DNA of 64,000 bases from Sulfurifustaceae bacterium (GTDB lineage Bacteria; Pseudomonadota; Gammaproteobacteria; Acidiferrobacterales; Sulfurifustaceae): positions 5,116 through 69,115 of the forward strand of contig JBGPBL010000003.1 in assembly GCA_041481225.1 (NCBI GenBank), given 5' to 3'. A model generated the notes under the pieces. It was given only the letters and a program-made list of their open reading frames with translations, searched no databases and had not been told where the DNA came from. How positions within the stretch are numbered: position 1 is the stretch's first letter; each line of letters begins with the position of its first letter. Both the position numbers and the translations under genes were made by a program. Shown here in pieces: positions 21,530-34,466 of this stretch.

Positions 21530-22975
21530 TCAGGCCAGCGCCTGGATCGCCTCCCGGCACAGATCCATGATGATGCCGACCCAGGGCAATATGCCCACCA
21601 GCAACAACGCATTCACGCCGATCAACACCTGCATGTCCCAACCTGCTTCGATTGGCTCATGCACCACGGCGTCATCAAAATACATGAGCTTGATAATGCG
21701 TAGGTAATAGTAGGCGCCCACCACGGCCAGCAGCACGGCCACCACGGCCAGCCAGATCATATCCGCGTTAATCACGGACTGGATCACCAGCAGTTTGGCG
21801 TAGAACCCGGCCGTGGGCGGGACACCCGCCATCGACAGCATCAGGAGCATCATCAGGAACGCATACCACGGGCTACGCTGGTTCAGGCCCTTGAAATCCT
21901 CCAGGCGCTCGGCCTCGAATCCCGCGCGCGACAGCAGGATAATCATGCCGAAGGCACCCAGACTCATCACCGCGTAAATCAGCACGTAAAACATGGACGA
22001 GCTGTAGCCATTGGGACTCGCGCTCAGGATGCCGAGCAGGAGAAAGCCCATGTGGGATATCGAGGAATACGCCAGCATGCGCTTGATGTTGTCCTGGGCG
22101 ATGGCGGTGATGTTGCCAAGGGCAATCGACAGCACGGCAATAATCGTCAGCATCTGTTGCCAGGAGACCGAGAGCGGCTCCAGCCCACCGACCAGCAAAC
22201 GGATAATCATGGCGAAGGCTGCCACTTTTGGCGCCGTGCCAATATACAGCGCCACCGCCGTCGGCGAACCGTGATACACATCCGGCACCCACATGTGAAA
22301 CGGCACGGCGCCCAGCTTGAACGCCAGCCCCGCAATCACGAATACCAACCCAAATATCAGGATAATGTCGTCGCTCGACATGCGGGCGATGGCACGGCTC
22401 ACCGCCGCGATATTCAGATTTCCGGTCGCGCCATAGATCATGGACATGCCGTACAGCAACATGCCGGAAGCGATTGCGCCGAGCACGAAGTACTTCATTG
22501 CCGCTTCGGTGGCCTCGCCCGAATCGCGCTGGAACGCGATCATGGCGTACAGCGAAAGCGACAGCAGCTCCAGTCCGAGGTACAGCGTCAGAAAATGACT
22601 GGCCGAGGCCATCACCATCATCCCCACGATGCCGAGCAGGCCCAGGACGAAGTACTCGCCGCGGTACATCCCGCGCTCACGCAAGTAATCGCGCGAATAG
22701 GCAAACACGAAGAAGGCGATTCCGTAGATGGCGAGCTTAAGCACGTTCGACAGGGGATCCTGAACAAACATGTGACTGAACGTAAACACCGATGCCACGG
22801 CCATGCCTTTCAAGGTAAGGACAAAGGCGCCAACCAGGGTAGCCTGCGTCAACCAATAGGTCACGACGCGCTGCCGGTCCGACAGGAACAAGTCGAGAAT
22901 CAGAATCACGCAGGCCATGGAGAACACAAAGATCTCCGGGACGGCAGGCAGCATGTCGGGGGTAACGAATTTCAT
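21530..22975 (-). CDS. nuoN: NADH-quinone oxidoreductase subunit N
   Basis: GLELLSLSLY, EAAMKYFVLGA, FKLGAVPFHMWVPDVY, KRMLAYSSISH. Start moved to ATG 22975. Confidence 0.96.
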   Translation of the reverse strand: MKFVTPDMLPAVPEIFVFSMACVILILDLFLSDRQRVVTYWLTQATLVGAFVLTLKGMAVASVFTFSHMFVQDPLSNVLKLAIYGIAFFVFAYSRDYLRERGMYRGEYFVLGLLGIVGMMVMASASHFLTLYLGLELLSLSLYAMIAFQRDSGEATEAAMKYFVLGAIASGMLLYGMSMIYGATGNLNIAAVSRAIARMSSDDIILIFGLVFVIAGLAFKLGAVPFHMWVPDVYHGSPTAVALYIGTAPKVAAFAMIIRLLVGGLEPLSVSWQQMLTIIAVLSIALGNITAIAQDNIKRMLAYSSISHMGFLLLGILSASPNGYSSSMFYVLIYAVMSLGAFGMIILLSRAGFEAERLEDFKGLNQRSPWYAFLMMLLMLSMAGVPPTAGFYAKLLVIQSVINADMIWLAVVAVLLAVVGAYYYLRIIKLMYFDDAVVHEPIEAGWDMQVLIGVNALLLVGILPWVGIIMDLCREAIQALA

Positions 22976-22986
22976 ATTTCTCGGCC

Positions 22987-24468
22987 TTACAGTTTGGTCA
23001 CCGCCACCTGTTGCAGCAGGTGCTCGACGGAGGTATGCATTACATTCAGGAACGGATACGGCCACAGGCCCATTACCAACACCGCCAGCGCCAGCAGCGC
23101 GAGGAAGGTTCCCTCGCGGGGTGTGATGTCGGTCAACGCCTCGACATGTTTATTGGCCACGGCGCCAAAAATAACGCGCTTGTACATCCACAGGGTGTAG
23201 GCCGCGCCAAATACCAGCGTGGTCGCCGCGACAAACGCATACCACCCGTTCACCTGGAAGGCGCCGAGGATCACCAGGAACTCGCCCACGAATCCGGACG
23301 TGCCGGGCAGACCGCTGTTGGCCATGGCGAACAGCATCATGAACGCGGCGAATACCGGCATGCGATTGGCCACCCCGCCGTAATCCTTGATCTGGCGCGA
23401 GTGCAACCGGTCATACAGCACACCGACGCACAAGAACAGCGCCCCGGAGATAAATCCGTGCGAAACCATCTGAGCGATACCACCCTCGATACCCTGGACA
23501 TTAAAGATGAAAAATCCGAGCGTCACGAAGCCCATGTGGGCGATGGAAGAATAGGCAATCAGCTTCTTCATGTCCTCCTGCACCAGCGCCACGAGGCCGA
23601 TATAGACCACCGCGATGAGAGAAAGCGCGATCATGAAGCCGGCAAGCTCGTGGCTGGCGTCTGGGAGAATTGGCAGCGAGAACCGCAGGAAACCGTAGGC
23701 GCCCATCTTCAGCATGATCGCCGCCAGAATCACCGAGCCGCCCGTGGGCGCCTCGACATGCGCATCCGGCAGCCACGTATGCACCGGCCACATCGGTACC
23801 TTGACGGCAAAGGCCGCGAAAAACGCGAAGAAGATCAGAATCTGTTCTTTAAGTCCAAGCCGGAGATGGTGCAGATCCAGGATGTCAAAACTGTTGCCCG
23901 CCTTGAAGTAGAGGTAAATGAAAGCCACTAGCATCAGCACCGAACCGAGGAAGGTGTAGAGGAAAAACTTGATGGTGGCATATACCCGGTTCGGACCGCC
24001 CCACAAACCGATGATTACAAACATGGGCACCAACATCGCTTCCCAGAAAACATAAAACAGGATGGCGTCGAGCGCACTGAACACACCGATCATCAGGCCT
24101 TCCATGATCAGGAACGCCGCCATGTGCTGGGCCACCTTGTTCTGGATCGCCTGCCACGCGGAGATGATGACCAGCACCGTGCTGAAGCTCGTCAGCAGAA
24201 TCATGAGCAGGGAGATGCCATCGATGCCCAGGTGATAGCGGATATGCAACGCCTCGATCCACGAATAATCTTCCACGAACTGCATTGCCGGAGTATGCAC
24301 ATTGAAATGGGTGTAAAGCGGAATCGTGGCGACAAACGCGGCCATGGCCACGCCCAGGCTCAGTTTCCGGGAAAAATCGGCGTTGTGATCCCGACCGGTC
24401 AGCAACACCAGTACGGCACCGAGTATCGGCAACCAAGTGGCAAGGCTTAGGGCGTGTTCAGCAAGCAT
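22987..24468 (-). CDS. nuoM: NADH-quinone oxidoreductase subunit M
   Basis: LFYVFWEAMLVPM, VKVPMWPVHTWLPDAHVEAP, KKLIAYSSIAHMG, GLPGTSGFVGE. Confidence 0.97.
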   Translation of the reverse strand: MLAEHALSLATWLPILGAVLVLLTGRDHNADFSRKLSLGVAMAAFVATIPLYTHFNVHTPAMQFVEDYSWIEALHIRYHLGIDGISLLMILLTSFSTVLVIISAWQAIQNKVAQHMAAFLIMEGLMIGVFSALDAILFYVFWEAMLVPMFVIIGLWGGPNRVYATIKFFLYTFLGSVLMLVAFIYLYFKAGNSFDILDLHHLRLGLKEQILIFFAFFAAFAVKVPMWPVHTWLPDAHVEAPTGGSVILAAIMLKMGAYGFLRFSLPILPDASHELAGFMIALSLIAVVYIGLVALVQEDMKKLIAYSSIAHMGFVTLGFFIFNVQGIEGGIAQMVSHGFISGALFLCVGVLYDRLHSRQIKDYGGVANRMPVFAAFMMLFAMANSGLPGTSGFVGEFLVILGAFQVNGWYAFVAATTLVFGAAYTLWMYKRVIFGAVANKHVEALTDITPREGTFLALLALAVLVMGLWPYPFLNVMHTSVEHLLQQVAVTKL

Positions 24469-24472
24469 GGCG

Positions 24473-26443
24473 TTACCGGTGCAGGAAGAAAGTAATGAGC
24501 AGGAACAGGCCCAGGATCATGGCGAAGGCATAGTGGTACACGTATCCGGACTGGAGGTGCCGGATCACCGACGACATCCAGCCGATAACACGCGCCGTGC
24601 CATTAACGGCCATACCATCAATCAATTTCACGTCGCCCACTTTCCACAACAGGCGGCCAAAGAGGCGCGCACCACCGGCAAAGACGAATTCGTTGAACTC
24701 GTCGAAAAAATATTTGCGCGACAGGATGGTATAGAGCGTGTTGGCCTTGGCGCGGAGCTGATCGGGCAGGAACGGATAGCGGATATACATGAGCCAAGCC
24801 AGCCCGATACCGGCCACGGCCAGCAGGAACGGGGCCGACTGCAACCCCTGCGCAATAAACGGCCCTATGCCACTATAGTGAGAACCGATTTCCCGCACCA
24901 CGTCGTGCACCGGCAACACCTTGATGGACTCGGAAAAATAACCGCCGAACAACAGCGGCTCGATCATAAAAAATCCAGACACAAGCGAGGGGATCGCCAG
25001 CAGCATAAGCGGTACCGTCACGACCCATGGCGATTCCTTTACATGCTTGAGCGTGTGGTTGTCCATGCGTGGTTTGCCATAGAACGTCATGAACAACATA
25101 CGAAAGGTGTAGAAGGCCGTGACAAACACACCCATCAGTACCGCCGCATAGGCGAAACCGCTGCCCCGGAGGTGCGAATGCTCGACGGCTTCAATGATCA
25201 TGTCCTTCGAGAAGAACCCGGCGAACGGCGGAATGCCGGCCAGCGCAAGCGAGCCCACCCAGGCGGTGATAAAGGTGAATGGCATGTATTTCTTGAGTCC
25301 ACCCATCTTGCGCATGTCCTGCTCGTGGTGCATGGCAATGATTACCGAGCCCGCACACAGGAACAGCAGCGCCTTGAAGAACGCATGCGTCATGAGGTGA
25401 AAAATACCGGCACTGTATGCCGAGGCGCCCTGCGCCACCATCATGTAGCCGAGTTGTGACAGGGTCGAATACGCGACCACGCGCTTGATATCGTTCTGCA
25501 CAATGCCCACAAAAGCCATGAACAAGGCGGTGATCGCGCCGATCACCAGCACCACCGACAACGCCGTTTCCGACAGTTCATACAACGGCGACATGCGCGC
25601 CACCATGAACACACCAGCCGTCACCATGGTCGCGGCATGGATCAGGGCCGAGATCGGCGTCGGGCCTTCCATCGAATCCGGCAGCCACACATGCAACGGG
25701 ACCTGAGCTGATTTTCCCATTGCACCGATAAACAGCAGGATGCAAATCACGCTCATCAGGCTCCAGTCCGTGCCTGGCATGATCTGAATCGTTTTGGTGG
25801 CCAGTTGCGGGGCCATGGAAAACACCGCGCCATAATCGAGCGTGCCAAAGGTCATGTAGATGGCGGCAATACCCAGAAGAAAACCGAAATCGCCGACACG
25901 GTTCACGAGGAAGGCCTTGAGGCTGGCGTAGGTCGCCGACTCACGTGTGAACCAGAAACCGATCAGCAGGTACGACATCAGGCCCACCGCCTCCCAGCCG
26001 AAGAACAACTGCAGAAAGTTGTTCGACATCACGAGCATCAGCATGGCAAAGGTAAAGAGCGCGATATAACTGAAGAAACGCTGGTAGCCGGGGTCTTCAT
26101 GCATATAGCCGATGGTGTAGATGTGCACCATGAGCGACACGAACGTCACCACCACCATCATGAGCACAGTCAGAGGATCGATCAGGAAACCGAGTTCCAT
26201 CGGAATGCCGCCGCTCACGCCCCAGGTATAGACCGTACCGTTGAAAGTATTGCCGGCGAGCACATCCGGCAATACCACAAAGGCAGACAAGGCAAAGGCG
26301 GCGGCGACGCCAAGAATGGCCACGGTGTGCGCACCGACGCGGCCTATCTTCCAGCCGAGCAACCCCGCCAACAGCGCGCCCGCCAGGCAGGACAACGGAA
26401 TTGCCAGGTAAACCAACTCCATGTCGAAGGTAAATTCGGACAC
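24473..26443 (-). CDS. nuoL: NADH-quinone oxidoreductase subunit L
   Basis: FFGWEAVGLMSYLLIGFW, GKSAQVPLHVWLPDSMEGPTPISALIHAATMV, HAFFKALLFL. Start is GTG 26443 or ATG 26422. Confidence 0.97.
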   Translation of the reverse strand: MSEFTFDMELVYLAIPLSCLAGALLAGLLGWKIGRVGAHTVAILGVAAAFALSAFVVLPDVLAGNTFNGTVYTWGVSGGIPMELGFLIDPLTVLMMVVVTFVSLMVHIYTIGYMHEDPGYQRFFSYIALFTFAMLMLVMSNNFLQLFFGWEAVGLMSYLLIGFWFTRESATYASLKAFLVNRVGDFGFLLGIAAIYMTFGTLDYGAVFSMAPQLATKTIQIMPGTDWSLMSVICILLFIGAMGKSAQVPLHVWLPDSMEGPTPISALIHAATMVTAGVFMVARMSPLYELSETALSVVLVIGAITALFMAFVGIVQNDIKRVVAYSTLSQLGYMMVAQGASAYSAGIFHLMTHAFFKALLFLCAGSVIIAMHHEQDMRKMGGLKKYMPFTFITAWVGSLALAGIPPFAGFFSKDMIIEAVEHSHLRGSGFAYAAVLMGVFVTAFYTFRMLFMTFYGKPRMDNHTLKHVKESPWVVTVPLMLLAIPSLVSGFFMIEPLLFGGYFSESIKVLPVHDVVREIGSHYSGIGPFIAQGLQSAPFLLAVAGIGLAWLMYIRYPFLPDQLRAKANTLYTILSRKYFFDEFNEFVFAGGARLFGRLLWKVGDVKLIDGMAVNGTARVIGWMSSVIRHLQSGYVYHYAFAMILGLFLLITFFLHR

Positions 26444-26446
26444 GCG

Positions 26447-26752
26447 TTATCCTTTCAGGCTGCTCAGGTCTTCGACATTGATAGTCTGACGGTTGCGGAA
26501 CACCACCACCAGAATGGCAAGTCCGATGGCCGACTCGGCCGCGGCCACCGTAAGAATAAAGAATACGAACACCTGCCCGGCAAGGTCGCCCAGATAATGC
26601 GAGAAGGCAATGAAATTCATGTTCACCGCAAGCAACATGAGCTCGATCGCCATCAGCAGAATCACGAGATTCTTGCGATTGAGAAAAATTCCCACCACGC
26701 TCAGGGCAAACAGGATGGCCCCGAGAATCAGGTAATGGTTGAGTGGAATCAT
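26447..26752 (-). CDS. nuoK: NADH-quinone oxidoreductase subunit K
   Basis: [24 protein letters not shown]. Confidence 0.97.
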   Translation of the reverse strand: MIPLNHYLILGAILFALSVVGIFLNRKNLVILLMAIELMLLAVNMNFIAFSHYLGDLAGQVFVFFILTVAAAESAIGLAILVVVFRNRQTINVEDLSSLKG

Positions 26753-26787
26753 CGTCCCCTTCCTCTGCTCATGATTTGAACCGCAAA

Positions 26788-27393
26788 CTAGACTTTTTTT
26801 TCGCTGCGCATCTTCACCAGACGCACACGCTCGTTTCGATTGATCTCGATCTGCTGTCCCGGATCCTGGTACTTGGTGTCCTTGCGCCGGCGCAGCGTGA
26901 GCGCGATCGCGGCCACAATCGCCACCAGCAGAATCAGCGCGGCAACTTCGAATGGATAGGCATAGACCGTGTACAGCAGTCGTCCCAATTCACGCGTGTT
27001 GCTGTAACCGGCAGGCAGCGCGTTGGGTTCCGGCATCAGCCGCAGTCCAAAACGGTCCGCACTCAGGATAATCCCCATTTCTATCATAAGCAGTGTCGCC
27101 ACCAGGCCGCCGATGGGCAGGTATTCACCGAACCCTTCGCGCAGCCGCACCAGGTTGATATCGAGCATCATGACGACAAACAGGAACAGCACCATAACCG
27201 CACCGACGTACACCAGCACCAGGACAATGGCGAGAAATTCCGCCTGCAACAGCATCCACAGCCCGGCCGCGCTGAAGAACGCCAGCACCAGAAACAGCGC
27301 CGCCCGCACCGGGTTGCGCACCGTAATCACCATCGCGGCGGCAAACACCAGCACCGACGCGAAGAAGTAGAATACGAGTTGTTTAAATTCCAT
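26788..27393 (-). CDS. nuoJ: NADH-quinone oxidoreductase subunit J
   Basis: [37 protein letters not shown]. Confidence 0.97.
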   Translation of the reverse strand: MEFKQLVFYFFASVLVFAAAMVITVRNPVRAALFLVLAFFSAAGLWMLLQAEFLAIVLVLVYVGAVMVLFLFVVMMLDINLVRLREGFGEYLPIGGLVATLLMIEMGIILSADRFGLRLMPEPNALPAGYSNTRELGRLLYTVYAYPFEVAALILLVAIVAAIALTLRRRKDTKYQDPGQQIEINRNERVRLVKMRSEKKV

Positions 27394-27398
27394 GGTTT

Positions 27399-27890
27399 CT
27401 ACCGGTATTTCGCGTCCGCCGCCTTCATGGCCGCGATCTGTTTTTCGTATTTGTCGCCCACGGCCAGCAGCATTTCCTTCGTGTAATACAGGTCGCCGCG
27501 GTTCTCGCCATGATATTCCAATATCGGGGTTTCAACGATCGAATCCACCGGACAGGCCTCTTCGCAGAACCCGCAATAAATACACTTGGTCAGGTCAATA
27601 TCGTAACGCGTGGTCCGGCGCGTGCCGTCCGCGCGTTGTTCGGATTCGATGGTGATGGCCAGTGCCGGGCACACCGCCTCGCACAGTTTGCAGGCGATAC
27701 AGCGTTCCTCGCCATTTGGGTAACGGCGCAGCGCATGCAGACCACGAAAACGCGGAGAAATCGGCGTGCGCTCTTCCGGGTACTGCACAGTGATTTTGCG
27801 CACGAACAAATGACGTCCGGTGACGAGCAGGCCCTTAAGCAGCTCATACAGCAAAAACGTGCTGATGTATCGTTTTAGAACTTTCACCAT
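27399..27890 (-). CDS. nuoI: NADH-quinone oxidoreductase subunit I
   Basis: Two 4Fe-4S motifs: [12 protein letters not shown] and [12 protein letters not shown]. Confidence 0.98.
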   Translation of the reverse strand: MVKVLKRYISTFLLYELLKGLLVTGRHLFVRKITVQYPEERTPISPRFRGLHALRRYPNGEERCIACKLCEAVCPALAITIESEQRADGTRRTTRYDIDLTKCIYCGFCEEACPVDSIVETPILEYHGENRGDLYYTKEMLLAVGDKYEKQIAAMKAADAKYR

Positions 27891-27909
27891 GGTCGTTTTT
27901 CCTGTGCGC

Positions 27910-28989
27910 TCAGTGGAAGATAAATCCCCACGGCGTGAGAAACATCACACCACCCATGATCACGATCCATGCCAGTGTCACCGGGATAAAAACCTTCCAG
28001 CCCAGACGCATGATCTGGTCGTAACGGTAACGCGGAAACGTGGCACGGAACCACAGAAAGCAAAACAGCACAAAACTGATCTTGAGCAATAGCCAGTGCA
28101 GGCCGTTCCCCAGAAGAGGGCCAACGACAGGAATCGACCAGAATTTGGCTGGGACCAGCCCGTCGAGCGGGGACAACCAGCCACCCAGAAACAGGATCGA
28201 CGTCAGCGCCGCGATCAGGATCATGTTGGCGTATTCGGCGAGGAAAAAGATGGCGAACGCCATCCCCGAATATTCCACGTGAAAACCGGCCACGATCTCG
28301 GATTCGCCCTCGGCCACGTCAAATGGCGAGCGATTGGTCTCGGCCACGCCGGAAATAAGATACACCAGAAACAGCGGGAACAGCGGCAGGAAATACCAAT
28401 GATGAATTCCGCCCTGCTGATGCAACACGATCTCGCGCAGGTTCAGACTGCCGGCCGCCATCAGCACGCCCACGAGGGCAAAGCCCATGGCGATTTCATA
28501 GGCCACGATCTGTGCCGCCGAGCGCATCGCACCGAGAAAGGCGTACTTGGAGTTCGACGCCCAGCCCGCGATGATCACGCCATACACACCCATCGAGGTC
28601 AGCGCCAGAATGAACAAGAGGCTCGCGTCGATGTTCGTCAGCCACAGTTCATCGGTAAACGGAATGACGGCCCAAGCCACCAGTGCCGGCGCGAACGAAA
28701 GTACCGGGGCGATGATGAAAAGGAACTTGTTGGCCTTGGACGGGATAATGATTTCCTTGAACAACAGCTTGACGGCGTCGGCGATCGGTTGCAGCCAGCC
28801 GCGTGGTCCGACGCGATTGGGGCCAAGACGCACTTGCATGTATCCAATGATCTTGCGTTCGGCATAGGTGAGGTAAGCCACCGAGAGCAGCAGCGGCACC
28901 AGGATCAGCACGATCTTGCCAAGGTTCAGCAGCGCAATCTGCGACCACTCCGGGAACCAGCTCCAGATGCCGAGGAAGAAATGCTTCAT
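27910..28989 (-). CDS. nuoH: NADH-quinone oxidoreductase subunit H
   Basis: [50 protein letters not shown]. Start moved to ATG 28989 (ATGA overlap with nuoG). Confidence 0.97.
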   Translation of the reverse strand: MKHFFLGIWSWFPEWSQIALLNLGKIVLILVPLLLSVAYLTYAERKIIGYMQVRLGPNRVGPRGWLQPIADAVKLLFKEIIIPSKANKFLFIIAPVLSFAPALVAWAVIPFTDELWLTNIDASLLFILALTSMGVYGVIIAGWASNSKYAFLGAMRSAAQIVAYEIAMGFALVGVLMAAGSLNLREIVLHQQGGIHHWYFLPLFPLFLVYLISGVAETNRSPFDVAEGESEIVAGFHVEYSGMAFAIFFLAEYANMILIAALTSILFLGGWLSPLDGLVPAKFWSIPVVGPLLGNGLHWLLLKISFVLFCFLWFRATFPRYRYDQIMRLGWKVFIPVTLAWIVIMGGVMFLTPWGFIFH

Positions 28990-31412
28990 GACGCGGATCT
29001 CACGCTCACGGGTCCGTGCGCCCCGAGCGCCGCCGTCTCCGGGTAACCCGCGGGGATCAGCACGCAACCCTCCGGCACGCGTGCATCAATGACAAGTTCC
29101 AGTTGCGTCTTGCCCTTCCCCATCGTCACCACCACCGCTTGGCCCGCGCGCAGATGGAGTTTCTCTGCCTGGGCCTGGTTCATGCGCGCCGCCGGCGCCG
29201 GATTGTCTGCGGTTCTTTGCAGCGAAGGGGCACGCCGCGTCAGCATGTCGACGGCGTAGATCGGCACCTCGGCAAGCCGCATCACCTGTCCGGCCGTCGG
29301 GGCGGCCGCCTTTGGCGAGGCGGGCAGTATCCAGGGTTGGGTTTTGGCGGTGGTCGCCGTGCCGGAGGCATTAAGCTCCTTGCGCACATCGTCGATACTG
29401 GCCTGTTCAAAACCGGAGACGCCCATCCTATTTCCGAGCATGCGCAGGATTTTCCAGCCCGGCCGGGTCTCGCCAGTCAGCGGAACGGCGGCACGGAATG
29501 TCTGGCACCGGCCTTCCGTATTGACGAACGTGCCATCGGTCTCCGTGAACGGCGCGAGCGGCAGCAGCACATCGGCATACTCCACGGCCTGTGTCTTATA
29601 TAAGGAAGGCTTGAATGGCGTCAGCATGACGACAAATTCCGCGGCGTGCATGGCCGACGCGGCCGCGGCGCCATCCAGACTGTCGAGTTCCGGCTCCACC
29701 GCCAGCAACAGGTAACCTTTCAGCGGCGCACGCAGCATCTCCAACGCATGCTGCCCGACCGCCGCGAAACTTCCCACCGGGCCACGGTGCGGTACACATC
29801 CGGCGAGCCAGGCCCCGGCGGAATTGGCATCCGCGAGATAACCGAGCTTCGCGCCAATGGACTCCGCCGCCAGTTGCGCCAGCGCCCGCAGCGTGGCCGC
29901 CTGCGGATGACCGGCGGCAAAACCACCCACCAGCACCGCGGAATTCTTGGCCTTTACCAGGGCATCGGCCATGGCCTGCTCCGCGGCTGTCGGCGCCACC
30001 TCACCGAAGCGCGATCCGAACGCCGCGGGTAGCTCTTTTTTCTTTAGAGTATGCAACGCGCGCACAATCCCGGCGAGTACCAGTACCATCTTTGCCGGGT
30101 CGACAATAATCTTGCCGGCAAGCTTGTAATTGAAATCGTAATCGATCGCATGCACGCTGAGTATCCGCGCTCCCTTGCGTGCAGCTTTGCGCAACCGCAG
30201 GTTAATGAGCGGCTGCTCCTTGCGTGGATTTGCGCCAATGAGAAGCACGCCCTCCAGCTTTTCGAGGTCGGCGATGGCCTGACCGAGCATGGGAAAGGGC
30301 GGCGCCGTGTCGTCATCGCTGAAATCCATCTGCCGCAGCCGATGATCCACGTTGCCTGAACCGAGCGCGCGCACCAGCTTCTGCAGCAGATAAAATTCTT
30401 CGAGCGTGGCCACGGGTGAGGCCAGGGCACCGAGACCCTTGGGACCATGCGCGTCGATCACTTTCTTCAGCCCCTGAACCGTGAATTCGAGAGCCGTATT
30501 CCAGTCTGTCTCTTCCCACTTGCCGCCGCGGCGAATCATGGGGGCATGGAGACGATCTTTGCCATTCAGGGCTTCATAACTGAAGCGGTCGCGGTCGGCG
30601 ATCCAGCACTCGTTGATCTCGGCATTCTCGCGCGGCACGACACGCATAACTTCCCCGCGACGGACATGCACGTCGACGTTGGTGCCGACACAGTCGTGCG
30701 GGCTGATGGAGGCAACACTTTGCAGTTCCCAGGGACGCGCCGTGAAACGGAACGGTTTGGAAGTCAGCGCACCGACCGGGCACAGATCGATCACGTTACC
30801 GGAGAGTTCCGAGTCCACGCTGCGGTCCAGGAAGGTGCGGATTTCGGTATGCTCACCACGACCCAGGCCGCCAAACTCCGTCACACCCGCAATCTCGTCC
30901 CCGAAACGTACGCAACGCGTGCAGTGGATGCAGCGCGTCATCTCGGTGGCGATGAGCGGTCCGATGTCCTTGTCTTTGATGATGCGCTTGGCCTCATGAT
31001 AGCGCGAGATGTCCTTGCCATAGCCCATGGCCAGGTCCTGCAACTGGCATTCGCCGCCCTGATCGCAAATCGGACAATCGAGCGGATGATTGATCAGCAG
31101 AAATTCCATCGTGCCCTTCTGGGCATCGTGCGCCTTGTCCGAGCGGGTGCGCACCACCATGCCCTCGGCCACGGGTGTGGCGCAGGCGGGCAAGGGTTTC
31201 GGTGCCTTCTCCACTTCAACGAGACACATGCGGCAGTTGGCCGCGATCGACAGCTTTTCGTGATAGCAGAAACGCGGAATGTAAATGCCCGCGGCGTCGG
31301 TGGCCTGGATCAACATCTGTCCCTTCCGCGCCGGAATCTTCCTGCCGTTGACCTCAATCGTTACCGTATCCGAGGCCGGCGGCGCCTTCGTGTTATCCAG
31401 TTGCGCGCTCAT
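28986..31412 (-). CDS. nuoG: NADH-quinone oxidoreductase subunit G
   Basis: [53 protein letters not shown]. Start moved to ATG 31412 (ATGA overlap with nuoF). Confidence 0.97.
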   Translation of the reverse strand: MSAQLDNTKAPPASDTVTIEVNGRKIPARKGQMLIQATDAAGIYIPRFCYHEKLSIAANCRMCLVEVEKAPKPLPACATPVAEGMVVRTRSDKAHDAQKGTMEFLLINHPLDCPICDQGGECQLQDLAMGYGKDISRYHEAKRIIKDKDIGPLIATEMTRCIHCTRCVRFGDEIAGVTEFGGLGRGEHTEIRTFLDRSVDSELSGNVIDLCPVGALTSKPFRFTARPWELQSVASISPHDCVGTNVDVHVRRGEVMRVVPRENAEINECWIADRDRFSYEALNGKDRLHAPMIRRGGKWEETDWNTALEFTVQGLKKVIDAHGPKGLGALASPVATLEEFYLLQKLVRALGSGNVDHRLRQMDFSDDDTAPPFPMLGQAIADLEKLEGVLLIGANPRKEQPLINLRLRKAARKGARILSVHAIDYDFNYKLAGKIIVDPAKMVLVLAGIVRALHTLKKKELPAAFGSRFGEVAPTAAEQAMADALVKAKNSAVLVGGFAAGHPQAATLRALAQLAAESIGAKLGYLADANSAGAWLAGCVPHRGPVGSFAAVGQHALEMLRAPLKGYLLLAVEPELDSLDGAAAASAMHAAEFVVMLTPFKPSLYKTQAVEYADVLLPLAPFTETDGTFVNTEGRCQTFRAAVPLTGETRPGWKILRMLGNRMGVSGFEQASIDDVRKELNASGTATTAKTQPWILPASPKAAAPTAGQVMRLAEVPIYAVDMLTRRAPSLQRTADNPAPAARMNQAQAEKLHLRAGQAVVVTMGKGKTQLELVIDARVPEGCVLIPAGYPETAALGAHGPVSVRSAS

Positions 31413-32701
31413 GCCTGCCCACCTCCGTGTGTTCCCGGAAGGCAACGCCGGTTCTCGACGTGGTACTCGAACTCGCGGCGGAAATGTTTGACGAAACTCT
31501 TTACCGGCCAGGCCGCGGCATCGCCGAGCGCGCAAATCGTGCGCCCTTCAATCTTGCTGGCCACGTCCGTCAGCATGTCGATGTCCTCCGGCCGGCCCTG
31601 GCCGTGTTCGATGCGGTGTATCACGCGCGCCATCCAGCCGGTGCCCTCGCGACAGGGCGTGCACTGACCGCAGGATTCCTCATAATAGAAGTGTGAGATA
31701 CGCGCGAGCGCACTCACCATGCACGTGGTTTCGTCCATCACGATGACCGCGCCGGAACCCAGCATGGTGCCAGCCTTGGCCAGCGCATCGTAATCCATGG
31801 TCAGTTCCATCATGATCTCCCCCGGTAACACGTTTGCCGAGGAACCGCCGGGGATAACCGCCTTCAACTTGCGCCCCTGCAACATCCCGCCCGCCATTTC
31901 CAGCAGTTTCGCAAACGAGGTGCCTAGCGGGACTTCGAAATTTCCGGGCTTGTTCACATGCCCCGACACGGAAAAGACCTTCGGCCCGCCATTGTTGGGT
32001 TTGCCGATGGCCAGGAACCACTCGGCGCCGTGGCGCAGAATCTCCGGGACCGAGGCCAGCGTTTCCGTATTATTAATAGTGGTCGGGCGTCCGAACAGAC
32101 CATAGTTCGCGGGGAACGGTGGCTTGAAACGCGGTTGGCCCTTCTTGCCTTCGATGGATTCCAGCAATGCCGTCTCTTCGCCGCAGATATAGGCGCCGGC
32201 ACCCAAATGCGTATGCAGATCAAAATCCACGCCTGAACCAAGAACATTTTTTCCGAGCATGCCGGCCGCGTAGGCTTCCTTGAGCGCACCCTCGAACCGC
32301 TCATAGGGCTCCCAGAACTCGCCACGGATGTAGTTATAACCCACGGTGGCACCAATGACGTATCCGGCAATGGCCATGCCCTCAATTACCGAGTGCGGGT
32401 TGTAGCGCAGGATATCGCGGTCCTTACAGGTTCCCGGCTCACCTTCGTCAGAGTTGCACACGATGTATTTCTGACCTGGCGCAGTGCGCGGCATGAAGCT
32501 CCACTTCAGGCCCGTGGAGAAACCGGCGCCACCACGTCCGCGCAGTGCCGACTTCTTGAGCTCATCGATAATTTTTTCCGGCGGCGTCTTTTCCTTGAGT
32601 ATCTTTTTCCATGCCTCGTACCCGCCCGTACGCTGGTAGGTGGCGAGCGTCCAAGGCTCTTCGCGGCCGAGATTGCGGAAACAGAGCAGTTCGTTTGCCA
32701 T
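31409..32701 (-). CDS. nuoF: NADH-quinone oxidoreductase subunit F
   Basis: [50 protein letters not shown]. Confidence 0.98.
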   Translation of the reverse strand: MANELLCFRNLGREEPWTLATYQRTGGYEAWKKILKEKTPPEKIIDELKKSALRGRGGAGFSTGLKWSFMPRTAPGQKYIVCNSDEGEPGTCKDRDILRYNPHSVIEGMAIAGYVIGATVGYNYIRGEFWEPYERFEGALKEAYAAGMLGKNVLGSGVDFDLHTHLGAGAYICGEETALLESIEGKKGQPRFKPPFPANYGLFGRPTTINNTETLASVPEILRHGAEWFLAIGKPNNGGPKVFSVSGHVNKPGNFEVPLGTSFAKLLEMAGGMLQGRKLKAVIPGGSSANVLPGEIMMELTMDYDALAKAGTMLGSGAVIVMDETTCMVSALARISHFYYEESCGQCTPCREGTGWMARVIHRIEHGQGRPEDIDMLTDVASKIEGRTICALGDAAAWPVKSFVKHFRREFEYHVENRRCLPGTHGGGQA

Positions 32702-32706
32702 CGCCG

Positions 32707-33216
32707 CTACTCCAGATCCTTCAGAATCTCATCCACCTTTTCCGGGGTGAGATCCTCATAATAGGTATGATCGACCATCATCATCGGCGCGCCGACGCAG
32801 GCCCCCAGACATTCCACTTCCTTGAGGGTGAATTTCCCGCCGGGCGTGGTCTCGCCCACCTTGACGCCCAGCTTCTTCTGCAGGTGTTCCATGATCTTGT
32901 CGGAGCCGCGGAGCTGGCAGGAGATATTGGTGCACACGCAAACCTTATGTCTTCCGACCGGCTTCAGATCATACATGGTGTAGAAGGTGGCTACCTCGTG
33001 CACTTCCACCGGTGGCATCTCCAGATACTCGGCCACCGCCTCGATCAGATCGGTCGAGAGCCAGCCGCCGTTCTGATCCTGGGCAATGCGCAACGCCGCC
33101 ATCACCGCCGAGCGCTTGTAGTCCGGTGGATACTTGGCGATCCAGCGGTCGATCTCGACGCGCGATTTGGCTGACAGCAGATCGATTTTGGAGGCGGGCT
33201 TGGATTGCGGCTTCAC
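32707..33216 (-). CDS. nuoE: NADH-quinone oxidoreductase subunit E
   Basis: [27 protein letters not shown] (2Fe-2S ligands). Confidence 0.97.
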   Translation of the reverse strand: MKPQSKPASKIDLLSAKSRVEIDRWIAKYPPDYKRSAVMAALRIAQDQNGGWLSTDLIEAVAEYLEMPPVEVHEVATFYTMYDLKPVGRHKVCVCTNISCQLRGSDKIMEHLQKKLGVKVGETTPGGKFTLKEVECLGACVGAPMMMVDHTYYEDLTPEKVDEILKDLE

Positions 33217-34466
33217 CGGTCGATCTCCCCAAACACGATATCCATGGTACCAATGATCGCCACCACGTCTGCGATCATGTGTCCGCGGGTCAATTCATCC
33301 ATCGACGACAGATGCGCGAAGCCGGCGGAGCGGATCTTGACGCGGTACGGCTTGTTAGCGCCGTCTGAAATAAGATAGACACCGAACTCACCCTTGGGAT
33401 GCTCGATCGCGGCGTAGGCCTCGCCTGCCGGGATGCAGTAACCTTCGGTGAAAAGTTTGAAATGATGAATCAGGGATTCCATGTCGTCCTTCATCTTCTC
33501 GCGGGAAGGAGGCACGATCTTGTGGTCCTCGATCATCACCGGGCCGGGATTTTTCCTGAGCCACTCGACGCACTGGCGAATGATGTGGTTGCTCTGGCGC
33601 ATCTCTTCGATGCGTACCAAGTAACGGTCATAACAGTCACCATTCACGCCCACGGGGATATCGAAATCGAGCCGGTCGTACACTTCGTACGGCTGTTTCT
33701 TGCGCAGGTCCCATTCGATGCCACTGCCGCGCAGCAACGGGCCGGTAAAGCCGAGCTGCAGCGCACGCTCGGGAGAAACCACGCCGATACCGACGGTGCG
33801 CTGTTTCCAGATACGGTTGTCGGTGAGCAGCGTTTCGTACTCGTCGATATGCTTCGGAAAACGCTCGGTGAAGTCCCAGATAAAATCGAGCAGCGAACCG
33901 CCACGATTGGCGTTGAGCAGCGCCAGATCATCCGCGTTGCGCCATTTCGACGGCTCATACTTCGGCATGGTGTCGGGCAAATCGCGATACACGCCGCCCG
34001 GACGGTAATACGTCGCATGCATACGCGTCCCGGTGGCCGCCTCGTACACGTCGAACAAATCCTCACGCTCGCGGAAGCAATACAGGAACACCGTCATGGC
34101 GCCAATGTCTATGGCGTGCGCGCCGAGCCAGAACAGGTGATTGAGAACGCGCGTGACCTCATCGAACATCACGCGGATGTACTGTGCGCGCAGCGGCGGC
34201 TCGATCCCCAGGAGTTTTTCCAGCGCCAGCACGTAACCGTGCTCATTGCACATCATCGAGATGTAATCGAGCCGGTCCATGTAACCGATCGTCTGATTAT
34301 AGGGTTTAGACTCGGCCAGCTTCTCGGTGGCGCGATGCAGCAAACCGATATGCGGGTCGGCGCGCTGGACGACTTCGCCATCGAGTTCGAGTACCAGTCG
34401 CAGCACGCCGTGCGCCGCCGGATGCTGCGGGCCGAAGTTCATGGTGTAGTTGCGGATCTCAGCCAC
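33213..34466 (-). CDS. nuoD: NADH-quinone oxidoreductase subunit D
   Basis: [45 protein letters not shown]. Confidence 0.98.
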   Translation of the reverse strand: MAEIRNYTMNFGPQHPAAHGVLRLVLELDGEVVQRADPHIGLLHRATEKLAESKPYNQTIGYMDRLDYISMMCNEHGYVLALEKLLGIEPPLRAQYIRVMFDEVTRVLNHLFWLGAHAIDIGAMTVFLYCFREREDLFDVYEAATGTRMHATYYRPGGVYRDLPDTMPKYEPSKWRNADDLALLNANRGGSLLDFIWDFTERFPKHIDEYETLLTDNRIWKQRTVGIGVVSPERALQLGFTGPLLRGSGIEWDLRKKQPYEVYDRLDFDIPVGVNGDCYDRYLVRIEEMRQSNHIIRQCVEWLRKNPGPVMIEDHKIVPPSREKMKDDMESLIHHFKLFTEGYCIPAGEAYAAIEHPKGEFGVYLISDGANKPYRVKIRSAGFAHLSSMDELTRGHMIADVVAIIGTMDIVFGEIDR